A stretch of 50,267 bases of DNA from positions 1 to 50,267 of the IMG/VR virus record IMGVR_UViG_3300036760_000785. The stretch is one strand, 5' to 3'. The stretch comes from a virus (Duplodnaviria > Caudoviricetes). The translations under genes were made by a program, and so were the position numbers. Shown one piece after another: positions 1-7,293 of this stretch. Every line of letters begins with the position of its first letter. Within the stretch, counting starts at the first letter, position 1. Below the pieces are notes generated by a model. The model had not been told where the DNA came from, did not search any database, and worked only from the letters and a program-made list of their open reading frames with translations.

Positions 1-127
1 AACGAATAAGACTAACGGAAATTGCTATGAAGGTGCAGGAGATTGTCACGGCCGAGATTCGGAGGTTGGACGAATTCAAGATCAGCTTGATGAAGACGGA
101 CAACAATCGGCCGAAGGTGACCATCGA
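1..127. repeat. Terminal direct repeat, left copy (assembly overlap of a circular genome)
   Basis: 1-127 is identical to 50141-50267. An ORF starting at 50107 reads through the junction to TGA at 180-182. Confidence 0.97.
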
Positions 128-174
128 CGTCACTGAACCCATAGACCAAGATATAATTCTAAATGGGAGAAAAC

Positions 175-360
175 ATGCCTGAAAACAAAGCTTACATTTG
201 GTGTGATAAGTGCCAGGCTTACATGGAACACGACATTTCTGATTATGGCCGATACTGGATTTGTCAGCAATGCGGAACTTGCTGGCTGATACGGGATGGG
301 AAGCCGCCACTGGAAGTTATCGCACTTCGGCATGGCGGACCGGAAAGGCATCTGGGCTAA
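175..360 (+). CDS. Small zinc-ribbon protein
   Basis: CDKC...CQQC motifs; ATG at 175 after GGGAG, overlapping the stop of the junction-spanning ORF. Confidence 0.7.
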   Translation: MPENKAYIWCDKCQAYMEHDISDYGRYWICQQCGTCWLIRDGKPPLEVIALRHGGPERHLG

Positions 361-492
361 TGGAGATACGGGGAAAGAGACCATGATTGCGCAGCCAATC
401 GGAGAGAGCGGCTTTTTCTCATCCTTTCATTTCCAAACCCTCCTTTTTTTACCGCCTCTCCCTCTTTCCCCCATTTTTGAAAGGAGGATTGA

Positions 493-687
493 ATGACCAA
501 ACTAAAGCGAAATATTAAGCGTGAAATCGAGCTTCCCAAGATGAGGCGGCCCCTTGTTATCTCAATGGATTTAGAGGGTCAAAAGCTCGTCTTGTATGAA
601 AAAGGCAGCAGGCGGAAGTATTCAATTAGGCTTCTGGCTTTATATAGTCTTTTGGTATTCAGGGACATGAAAGACGAGGATAAATGA
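493..687 (+). CDS. Small basic protein, paralog of 46827-47045
   Basis: Strong RBS AAGGAGG; MTKLKR..R.PLV..D....L.L.EKG.R..YSI.L..LY pattern shared with 46827-47045. Confidence 0.7.
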   Translation: MTKLKRNIKREIELPKMRRPLVISMDLEGQKLVLYEKGSRRKYSIRLLALYSLLVFRDMKDEDK

Positions 688-1715
688 AAGACCGCAAGAC
701 AAATCCCTGGTTTCCATTTTGGATTGACAAATGGCTTTTTGGTTCTACAAGAATTGAATTGCAACCAGATGAACGAGGAGTTTTTGTTGACCTTATGTCT
801 CTCTCAAAAAAAGATGATGGTTTTATTCGTGCGAATGAAGGTGTGCCTTATCTTGAAAGCCAACTTTGCGGCTTGCTGAATATTACACCAGAGCTCCTGA
901 AAAGAACATTAGAGAAATGCCTAAAATTCAAGAAAGTTAAGAAATTAGATGATGGCACACTTTACATGACCAGCCATGATAATTATAAGCTTAGTCAAAG
1001 ACATCAAGATAGACTCTCTGGTGATCCACTTATTACAAATGAGGTTATATTACAAGAAAAAATCTGCGATGATTTAACCAAATTAAATATTCCTTATGAA
1101 AAACAAAAAATAACAAATTCTGGTCGTATTGATATTTTTATTTCTTTGAATCCTCCTAAAATCATAGAAGTAAAAAGTGATTCTTCGGCAGATAAAATCA
1201 GGATCGCAATTGGACAATTATTGATATATAAAAAAGATTTTCCTTCGGCGGAACTTTATATTGCCACACCCGAGAAAATGCACACAAAAATTCTTAGAAA
1301 ATTGGAATATTATGGTATTAAAGAATGGTCATGTCCGGATTCCCGACATGATGGCAGGGAAGCGGACGCCTATATATATAGAGAGAGAATAAAAGAGAAT
1401 AAAATAAGAATAAAAGAGAATAAAATAAAAGAAAAAGAGAATACTGAAAAAAATAACTTTGATTCTCTCTTTGAAGAATTCTGGAAAGTTTATCCAAAAA
1501 AAGTAGCAAAAGATTATGCTAGGGAAAAATTCATGATCCTGGCCAGGCAAGATAAGATACCTGAGCTTATTAAGGCAGTGAATGGCTATATGGATTTTTT
1601 GATACACAGGAGAATTAAGGACAATTTTGAACAAGAGCCGATGAATCCAGCCACGTTTTTGATGAAAAACAGATGGAAGGATTACATTGGTTTCAAATAT
1701 ATGCCACCTTTGTAA
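684..1715 (+). CDS. Phage replication initiator (replisome-organiser type) with an inserted PD-(D/E)XK-like domain
   Basis: N-terminal PWFPFWIDKWL..ST..L...ERGVFVDL; low-complexity KENKI linker; C-terminal FEEFWKVYPKKVAK...PATFL...RW; central GRIDIF...IIEVK...AIGQL..Y. Confidence 0.8.
   Translation: MKDRKTNPWFPFWIDKWLFGSTRIELQPDERGVFVDLMSLSKKDDGFIRANEGVPYLESQLCGLLNITPELLKRTLEKCLKFKKVKKLDDGTLYMTSHDNYKLSQRHQDRLSGDPLITNEVILQEKICDDLTKLNIPYEKQKITNSGRIDIFISLNPPKIIEVKSDSSADKIRIAIGQLLIYKKDFPSAELYIATPEKMHTKILRKLEYYGIKEWSCPDSRHDGREADAYIYRERIKENKIRIKENKIKEKENTEKNNFDSLFEEFWKVYPKKVAKDYAREKFMILARQDKIPELIKAVNGYMDFLIHRRIKDNFEQEPMNPATFLMKNRWKDYIGFKYMPPL
1381..1455 (+). repeat. A-rich direct repeats (AAAAGAGAATAAAATAA-like) inside the initiator gene; candidate iterons/origin
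   Basis: Repeated AGAGAATAAAA units are visible; lambdoid-type origins lie within the initiator gene (inference). Confidence 0.45.
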
Positions 1716-1724
1716 GGAGGAAAA

Positions 1725-2042
1725 ATGAGTGAACCAACCAAAAAGGAAATGCTAGAAGAGTTGGGATTTATGGAAGAATCCCGTTTAGGTGAAATTGGAG
1801 ATAAGTGGCATCGCTATAAAGACGAAAACTTAAAAGCAATATATTTTAATGCACAGGAAAGAGTGAAAAAAATATGCCAGGCCATTCGCCAGTTAATTGA
1901 GCAGGGTGAGCCGAAGGTAACAAAGGATGAAATATATGGAGCCATATTTCACCCCCCCAAAGTACTTGTTGATAGAATAATTAAATTGCTTGAGAAAAAA
2001 GGCATGGAAGTGAGCGATGAGGAGGAAATGAGTGATGAATAA
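1725..2042 (+). CDS. Hypothetical protein, PTKxEML...EVSDE paralog family
   Basis: RBS AAGGAGG; shares termini and AIRQLIE with 3573-3836 and 3829-4116. Confidence 0.7.
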   Translation: MSEPTKKEMLEELGFMEESRLGEIGDKWHRYKDENLKAIYFNAQERVKKICQAIRQLIEQGEPKVTKDEIYGAIFHPPKVLVDRIIKLLEKKGMEVSDEEEMSDE

Positions 2043-2676
2043 TAGCCACAAAATAATTCTTGACTTATGTGGTGGAACGGGCACTTGGTCAAGACCATAT
2101 AAAGAAGCGGGATACGATGTCAGGAACATAACCTTGCCTGATTATGATGTCAGAACCTACAAACCGCCCGAAAATGTTTATGGAATATTGGCAGCACCTC
2201 CTTGCACAGAGTTTTCAATGGCAAAATCAAATAGTAAGTATCCCAGGAAAGTAGCAGAAGGGATGGAAATAGTTTATCATTGCCTGCGGATTATTTGGGA
2301 GGCTCAATATAAATTACCGACACCATTAGCAAAAACAACAACATTGAAATTTTGGGCCCTAGAAAATCCCTTTGGCTTATTAAGAAGATTTTTAGGACAT
2401 CCAGTAATGATTTTTAATCCATATGATTTTGGAGATTGTTATCAAAAGAAAACTTGTCTTTGGGGATATTTTAATTTGCCAAAAAAGAAACCTTGTAAAA
2501 AATTTAATAAAGATTATATCCGCACAATTAGTCCAAGTGGGGTTCATCTAAAAAAGTTTGACAGCTTAGCTAAAAGGCAAATTTCTCCTGAATATTATGG
2601 CAAATTAACAAGACAGGAGAAGCGGGCAATAACTCCAGGGAGTTTTGCGCAAGCATTTTTTGATAGCAATCCTTAA
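2032..2676 (+). CDS. Short DNA cytosine-C5 methyltransferase-like protein
   Basis: Motif I LDLCGGTG, catalytic APPCTEFS, motif VI ALENP. Confidence 0.8.
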   Translation: MMNNSHKIILDLCGGTGTWSRPYKEAGYDVRNITLPDYDVRTYKPPENVYGILAAPPCTEFSMAKSNSKYPRKVAEGMEIVYHCLRIIWEAQYKLPTPLAKTTTLKFWALENPFGLLRRFLGHPVMIFNPYDFGDCYQKKTCLWGYFNLPKKKPCKKFNKDYIRTISPSGVHLKKFDSLAKRQISPEYYGKLTRQEKRAITPGSFAQAFFDSNP

Positions 2677-2692
2677 GAAAGCAGGAGGAAAA

Positions 2693-2806
2693 ATGAACAT
2701 CCATCTAACTTTAATTGCATCAGGTCTCGTAGGCTTCATTGCCTTGTTCATCCTTATAATTGCAATTATGGACAATAGAGAGAATTTTCCTTGGAGGAAA
2801 AAATGA
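2693..2806 (+). CDS. Small membrane peptide
   Basis: RBS GGAGG; one hydrophobic helix; below the ORF-track length cutoff. Confidence 0.45.
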   Translation: MNIHLTLIASGLVGFIALFILIIAIMDNRENFPWRKK

Positions 2807-3036
2807 ATGAGATAAAAGAATTTACGAAGAGGAAAATGAGCGAGGTAAAAGAATTTACAATCAATTCTCCAACTTGCCCGAAATGTGGACATGAAACAAG
2901 AAGACGATATCATTATCATCACCAGTATGGTGATGTTTTTACTGTTTCAGAATGGTTAGACGAGCGAGAATATTTTATCGTGACTTGTCAGGATTGTCAT
3001 TATCAATTTGCACAGAAAACAAAGGAGGGAAAATGA
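2803..3036 (+). CDS. Zinc-ribbon protein
   Basis: CPKC...CQDC; the N-terminal 11 codons are tandemly duplicated. Confidence 0.65.
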   Translation: MNEIKEFTKRKMSEVKEFTINSPTCPKCGHETRRRYHYHHQYGDVFTVSEWLDEREYFIVTCQDCHYQFAQKTKEGK

Positions 3037-3212
3037 ATCTTGACAAATTAGAGAGTGCAAAAGCCCATGCGGCCAGAGCCATTGAGTTCATTGAATCGAT
3101 GAAGAACGGTAATAAGGCTGCCAAAGAATGGGCCCTCTATCATATCGAAAAAGCAAGAGAATTTTGGAATGAAGCATTCGCTGATGAAAAGGGAAATGAG
3201 TCTAAGCAATAA
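3033..3212 (+). CDS. Hypothetical protein
   Basis: RBS GGAGG and ATGA overlap with the upstream gene. Confidence 0.6.
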   Translation: MNLDKLESAKAHAARAIEFIESMKNGNKAAKEWALYHIEKAREFWNEAFADEKGNESKQ

Positions 3213-3400
3213 ACCACGAACCATTGATGAAAACTCTTGGTATTATGAGGAGAAAGGGGATAGAAATCGTGCACGAGATTAAGAATAAAGACGGAAGCTA
3301 TTTGCGGACAGATTTCATTCTAATTCCCTGGCGGAAACTTAAAGAATCGGTAAGAAGGAAAAGAGTTTATGATTTATCAATTTTAAAGGAGAAGAAATGA
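3196..3400 (+). pseudogene. Small gene split by a frameshift at about 3253-3260
   Basis: MSLSNKPRTIDENSWYYEEK continues in the +1 frame as GIEIVHEIKNKDGSYLRTDFILIPWRKLK, ending at an ATGA overlap with the next gene. Confidence 0.5.
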
Positions 3401-3576
3401 AACTCAAGATTGAAGTACATAAAATAGTGGACAAATTTGGAGGGGAATTATACATCCCGTTTTCAATTGAATGGTCGCCTTATGAAGATCTGGGTGGATC
3501 ACATGGGATTGCTATAGGATTTTTGATTTGGAAAATCTGGCTCCTTTGGAAATCAAGAGAAAAGGAGGACCGATGA
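3397..3576 (+). CDS. Small hypothetical protein with hydrophobic C-terminus
   Basis: 59-aa ORF coupled by ATGA overlaps at both ends; RBS AAGGAG. Confidence 0.55.
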   Translation: MKLKIEVHKIVDKFGGELYIPFSIEWSPYEDLGGSHGIAIGFLIWKIWLLWKSREKEDR

Positions 3577-3836
3577 GTAAGCCAACCAAGGAGGAAATGC
3601 TATGGTTTTTGAATTCTTTAACAGCAAGGTGGGATGGGATGATTCCATCTGAGATGGAACTATATAAGGCCATTCGCCAGTTAATTGAGCGGGACAAATC
3701 GGAAATAACAAAGGAATTTGTGAGGGGATGGGTTGAGAGAATTCACTACTATTATTATACAGGTGAGATGGAAAAGGCAACTAAAGATTTTATTCAAGCA
3801 TTAAAAGAAGCGGGCGTTGAGGTGAGTGATGAGTAA
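3573..3836 (+). CDS. Hypothetical protein, PTKxEML...EVSDE paralog family
   Basis: RBS AAGGAGG before ATG 3573; N-terminus near-identical to the next gene. Confidence 0.7.
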   Translation: MSKPTKEEMLWFLNSLTARWDGMIPSEMELYKAIRQLIERDKSEITKEFVRGWVERIHYYYYTGEMEKATKDFIQALKEAGVEVSDE

Positions 3837-4116
3837 AACAAAAAGTGAGCCAACCAAGGAGGAAATGCTATGGTTTTTGAATTCTGTAACAGCACGGTGG
3901 GGCGGGATGATCCCGTCTGAGATGAGACTATATGAGGCTATTCGCCGCCTAATCAAGCAGAGGCCGAAAAAGAACAGGGCTTTTGTGGAAAGATGGGTAG
4001 ATGAATTAGCTATTCATTTTTTAGGTGGAAATGCAGACGAGTTGAGCAAAGAATTTTGCTTTGAACTTCTCAAGACCATGCTTCTTATGGCGGGCGTGGA
4101 GGTGAGCGATGAGTAA
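3829..4116 (+). CDS. Hypothetical protein, PTKxEML...EVSDE paralog family
   Basis: PTKEEMLWFLNS.TARW.GMIPSEM shared with the previous gene. Confidence 0.7.
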   Translation: MSKTKSEPTKEEMLWFLNSVTARWGGMIPSEMRLYEAIRRLIKQRPKKNRAFVERWVDELAIHFLGGNADELSKEFCFELLKTMLLMAGVEVSDE

Positions 4117-4354
4117 AACAAAAGAGGAAATGCTAAATGAATATCGCAGCATATTACTGGATTATGCTGTCTGGAAGCAGAATTATGAAGCCTGGATAAA
4201 ATTAGAATTTGCGGATTTTGCCCTTCGAGTTAGATGTGTTTTGGCAGCAGAGAGACTCAAGGAGAGAATAGGTAAGGTGGTGAGTCATATTCGGGAATTA
4301 TATGGCTGGAGGAAAAGCGGCGAGGAGGAAAAAAATGATATGTCCATATTGTAA
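4109..4354 (+). CDS. Hypothetical protein sharing the MSKTKEEML start
   Basis: Same GAGGTGAGYGATGAGTAAAACAAAA junction as the preceding gene. Confidence 0.6.
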   Translation: MSKTKEEMLNEYRSILLDYAVWKQNYEAWIKLEFADFALRVRCVLAAERLKERIGKVVSHIRELYGWRKSGEEEKNDMSIL

Positions 4355-4475
4355 AGAAGGGATACTTTATTTATTGCCCGAAAAGGAGGGTTATATGTGC
4401 GAGGAATGTGGACATCGGTTTAGTTGGTATGAGATGGAAATATTACAGCAACCCGTAAATGAGGAGGAAAAATGA
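4335..4475 (+). CDS. Small zinc-ribbon protein
   Basis: MICPYC...MCEECG, 46 aa; RBS GGAGG; ATGA overlap with the radical SAM gene. Confidence 0.6.
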   Translation: MICPYCKEGILYLLPEKEGYMCEECGHRFSWYEMEILQQPVNEEEK

Positions 4476-5266
4476 TAAGGGTTTTTCCTCGTCGAACAAA
4501 ATGGACACCTGATGATGAATTGGCTTTTGTTGGTGCTCCGCCATTATTTAGGCCAGAAAATCAACCGGTCAGAATTTCGATAACTTTTACTTGGGATATT
4601 AATGAGGGTAAAAGATTGGCCGATATGTGGAGTAAATATTATTCAGATGTTCAATTGGGAGGGCCAGCTTTTGATGATCCTGGCAATGAATTTGAACCTG
4701 GAAAATTTATCAAGGAAGGCGTCACAATTACAAGTAGAGGATGTCCAAAAAGATGCCCCTGGTGTTTTGTTCCCAAGAGAGAGGGATATATCCGAGAAAT
4801 AAAAATAAAACCAGGCTGGATTATTCAGGATAATAATCTTTTAGCATGTGGTCGCAAGCATATTGAAGCCGTTTTTGATATGTTAAGAGAACAGAAGAAA
4901 GCAGTAAAATTCAGTGGCGGGCTTGATGTTGAAATATTTAGCGAATGGCATAGACGATTAATTGATACAATAAAAATCTATGAACTTTGGTTTGCCTGCG
5001 ATACAAAGCAATGTCTTTCAAAATTGGCCCAAGTGGCAGAAATTTTGAATGGTATTTCTATCAATAAGCGAAGATGCTACGTTATGATTGGTTATGGCGG
5101 AGAAGGAGTCGACGAGGCAGAAAGAAAATTAAATAAAGTTTATGAGTTGGGCTTTTTACCCTTTGCTCAGCTTTATCAAAATTCAAGAAAAATCAAATAT
5201 AGTCCCGCATGGAATACACTGGCTCGGGAATGGTCAAGACCAGCAATATATCGGAGAGAAAAATGA
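4472..5266 (+). CDS. Radical SAM protein
   Basis: TSRGCPKRCPWCFVP (CxxxCxxC), DNN, GLD and YVMIGY motifs. Confidence 0.85.
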   Translation: MIRVFPRRTKWTPDDELAFVGAPPLFRPENQPVRISITFTWDINEGKRLADMWSKYYSDVQLGGPAFDDPGNEFEPGKFIKEGVTITSRGCPKRCPWCFVPKREGYIREIKIKPGWIIQDNNLLACGRKHIEAVFDMLREQKKAVKFSGGLDVEIFSEWHRRLIDTIKIYELWFACDTKQCLSKLAQVAEILNGISINKRRCYVMIGYGGEGVDEAERKLNKVYELGFLPFAQLYQNSRKIKYSPAWNTLAREWSRPAIYRREK

Positions 5267-5469
5267 AAAAGCTCTTTAAATATTTTCTCTATACGATTAT
5301 CGCCATTCTCTGGTTCTATTTCCTTCTCTTTGTATTTGCTTTTCTCAAGGATACCAGAAAGGATGGCTGGGCCGGCGATTCGGATTTGATAGTCGTCCAA
5401 GACATTCCAAGTCCACCAAGGTTGGCGGACAGGCCTAGAACAGGTATCAAAATACAAGAGGAAAAATGA
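5263..5469 (+). CDS. Small membrane protein
   Basis: N-terminal hydrophobic helix; ATGA coupling. Confidence 0.55.
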   Translation: MKKLFKYFLYTIIAILWFYFLLFVFAFLKDTRKDGWAGDSDLIVVQDIPSPPRLADRPRTGIKIQEEK

Positions 5470-5663
5470 ATATTATTCTGACAATAATTCTCGCAGTGTT
5501 TTTCTTCATCCTGGGCTGCCTGCTTATGATGCTGGGCACCACACTGAAAGAGAACAAGGACCTGAAGAAGGAAGTGGAAATACTTAGGGGTCAAGTGGCA
5601 TATCACCAGGATTATGTTGATGAGTTGGTGAAGGAATTTAAGAAACCAAAGCATGAAATTTAG
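5466..5663 (+). CDS. Small membrane-anchored coiled-coil protein
   Basis: TM helix followed by a heptad-like segment. Confidence 0.6.
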   Translation: MNIILTIILAVFFFILGCLLMMLGTTLKENKDLKKEVEILRGQVAYHQDYVDELVKEFKKPKHEI

Positions 5664-5735
5664 TCTATTGCGAAATTTTTATTGCAATTTGCTTCTCGAT
5701 TCTTGACAGGGAAAGAGAGGAAAGGAGGTTAAAAA

Positions 5736-5996
5736 ATGTTCGATCCAGGAATTGTTGACAAAATACTTTTAGGGATTGGCGGTTTAACAGTCGTTGGAAT
5801 TACCGAAATGCTGAAAAGGTTTTTCAAAGTGGATGGTCTTTGGGCCTACATCATCTCCCTGGTTGTCTCTGCTGGGGCTACGGCATACGTGTTGTTAAGC
5901 AGTGGAACCTTCAATCTGTTGTCTTTTGCTGGCTACTCCTTTTTCGTCTGGATTTATAGCAACGGCCTTTACAAAAGCTACAACCGCAAAACTTAA
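5736..5996 (+). CDS. Holin-like protein
   Basis: 86 aa, three hydrophobic helices, VVGITEMLKR motif, basic C-terminus, strong RBS. Confidence 0.65.
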   Translation: MFDPGIVDKILLGIGGLTVVGITEMLKRFFKVDGLWAYIISLVVSAGATAYVLLSSGTFNLLSFAGYSFFVWIYSNGLYKSYNRKT

Positions 5997-6007
5997 CTTA
6001 AAATTTG

Positions 6008-6085
6008 GGTATGGTGAGGTAGGGTCCGGTGCGGTATGGTTTGGTATGGTATGGTTCGGTCCGGTGAGGTGAGGTGAGGTGAGGT
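6008..6085 (+). ncRNA. GGT-NN array 1 (16 units); candidate guide RNA
   Basis: GGT every 5 nt; NN = AT GA AG CC GC AT TT AT AT TC CC GA GA GA GA; intergenic. Confidence 0.75.
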
Positions 6086-6123
6086 TTTTTAAAATTTAGA
6101 TTAAAAGGAGAAATTAAAAAATG
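6086..6123 (+). repeat. 38-bp direct repeat, copy 1 (contains RBS and ATG)
   Basis: TTTTTAAAATTTAGATTAAAAGGAGAAATTAAAAAATG is identical to 7293-7330. Confidence 0.95.
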
Positions 6124-6135
6124 CTAGAGGACATA
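6122..6135 (+). repeat. 14-bp inverted repeat, left arm
   Basis: TGCTAGAGGACATA is the reverse complement of 6718-6731. Confidence 0.9.
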
Positions 6136-6166
6136 AATTCAAACATTAAAGTTGAAAGGAGGTTTA

Positions 6167-6712
6167 ATGCAAGAAAAATTTAAGGTCAAGATTAGAGGAG
6201 TTGTTCCTTTGCTTATGCATCGATTTGTGTCATCTAACGAGAAACCGCAGACGGCTAAGAAGCAAGGTCGTAAAGGAAAAATTTACGATAATGTTGAAGA
6301 CGCCAAACAAGCGGCTTATCTATTGGAGGATGGGACACTTTACCAACCAGCAGAGCATCTTGAAGGAGCGATGACCAGGTCTGCAACAAGTTATATCATT
6401 CCTGGAGCAGGAAAGAAAACTTATAAGGATGCTGTCAAAGGCGGGGTTTTTATTGAACCCAGAGAGATTCCCCATTTGATTCAGGGATATGAAGTTGATT
6501 TGCGGTCAGTTGTGATAAAAGGCTCGCGCATTGAGAGAGCACGTCCACGATTTGATAATTGGGAATTAGAGTTTACAATTAATCTCGTCGATGAAAGAGT
6601 CACTCCTGAAATACTCAAACAGATTCTTGAAGATGCTGGAAAGTTTGTGGGCATTGGGGACTTCCGTCCAAAGTTCGGACGCTTTGAAGTGACGGAGTTC
6701 CGTAGACTTTAA
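6167..6712 (+). CDS. Stand-alone Cas7/RAMP-like RNA-binding protein (Vipr-like), 181 aa
   Basis: RAMP-like features: first strand VKIRGVVPLLMH, LYQPAEHLEGAM, RPRFDNWELEFTI and C-terminal glycine-rich loop GIGDFRPKFGRFEV; RBS AAGGAGG before ATG 6167. Confidence 0.8.
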   Translation: MQEKFKVKIRGVVPLLMHRFVSSNEKPQTAKKQGRKGKIYDNVEDAKQAAYLLEDGTLYQPAEHLEGAMTRSATSYIIPGAGKKTYKDAVKGGVFIEPREIPHLIQGYEVDLRSVVIKGSRIERARPRFDNWELEFTINLVDERVTPEILKQILEDAGKFVGIGDFRPKFGRFEVTEFRRL

Positions 6713-6717
6713 TGTCA

Positions 6718-6731
6718 TATGTCCTCTAGCA
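6718..6731 (-). repeat. 14-bp inverted repeat, right arm
   Basis: TATGTCCTCTAGCA pairs with 6122-6135. Confidence 0.9.
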
Positions 6732-6741
6732 ATTTATTTGT

Positions 6742-6854
6742 GGTGGGGTTCGGTTCGGTTCGGTTTGGTAGGGTCTGGTTAGGTATGGTCTGGTCTGGTC
6801 GGGTGAGGTATGGTCCGGTAGGGTAAGGTTTGGTAAGGTGAGGTGTGGTGAGGC
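6742..6854 (+). ncRNA. GGT-NN array 2 (23 units, last is GGC); candidate guide RNA
   Basis: NN = GG TC TC TC TT AG CT TA AT CT CT CG GA AT CC AG AA TT AA GA GT GA. Confidence 0.75.
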
Positions 6855-6870
6855 TTTTAAAGGATTTTAA

Positions 6871-7185
6871 ACGAAAAGAATAGGAGTTAACAAAAGCCTC
6901 TCAAATCTTGAGAAGGATTTTGCAGAGGTCTTGGGAAAACATAAAATTATTTTTCTTCAGAATTATCCTTTGAGGACTGGCTTTATTGCAGATTTTTTCA
7001 TTAAAGAAAAGAATCTGATTGTCGAAGTTGATGGCCACGCTTCTCATTTTACAGTTGCTGGAAAGAGGAAATCTAGGTTTAGGGATTATATGTTGAAAAG
7101 GTCGGGATACAAAACTTTGCATTTCACGAAAGATGATTTGCGAAATATAGACAAGTGTTTACAAAAGATAAATTCGGTCGGATAA
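6871..7185 (+). CDS. DUF559/Vsr-like endonuclease (frame open from ACG 6871; track start is TTG 6931)
   Basis: SNLEKDFAEVL...Q.YP...FIADF...LIVEVDG..H......RD..L...GYKTLHF matches the DUF559 pattern. Confidence 0.75.
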   Translation, partial: TKRIGVNKSLSNLEKDFAEVLGKHKIIFLQNYPLRTGFIADFFIKEKNLIVEVDGHASHFTVAGKRKSRFRDYMLKRSGYKTLHFTKDDLRNIDKCLQKINSVG

Positions 7186-7293
7186 GGTATGATTTGGTAT
7201 GGTATGGTAAGGTTTGGTGGGGTGAGGTGTGGTCAGGTTTGGTCTGGTGGGGTGAGGTTTGGTTTGGTGGGGTGAGGTGAGGTGAGGTGGGGT
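7176..7293 (+). ncRNA. GGT-NN array 3 (24 units, two GAT variants); candidate guide RNA
   Basis: NN = CG AA AT TT AT AT AA TT GG GA GT CA TT CT GG GA TT TT GG GA GA GA GG. Confidence 0.75.

Noticed and set aside
1-127. 127-bp terminal repeat as a biological phage end
   Set aside because: It cuts through an ORF and 127 is a common assembler k-mer size, so it is best explained as circular-contig overlap.
370-420. CCA-N9-AG-CCA-N9-AG inside a purine/pyrimidine stem as a third dual-spacer unit
   Set aside because: The repeats do not match the two clear units, and a simple hairpin (GATTG/CAATC) explains it.
6008-7293. GGT-NN tracts as CRISPR arrays, plain microsatellites or G-quadruplexes
   Set aside because: There is no long repeat-spacer structure. 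Invariant GGT with freely varying NN and no indels does not fit slippage. Two-tier G4 folding is possible but does not explain the fixed T, the period or the link to the RAMP-like gene.
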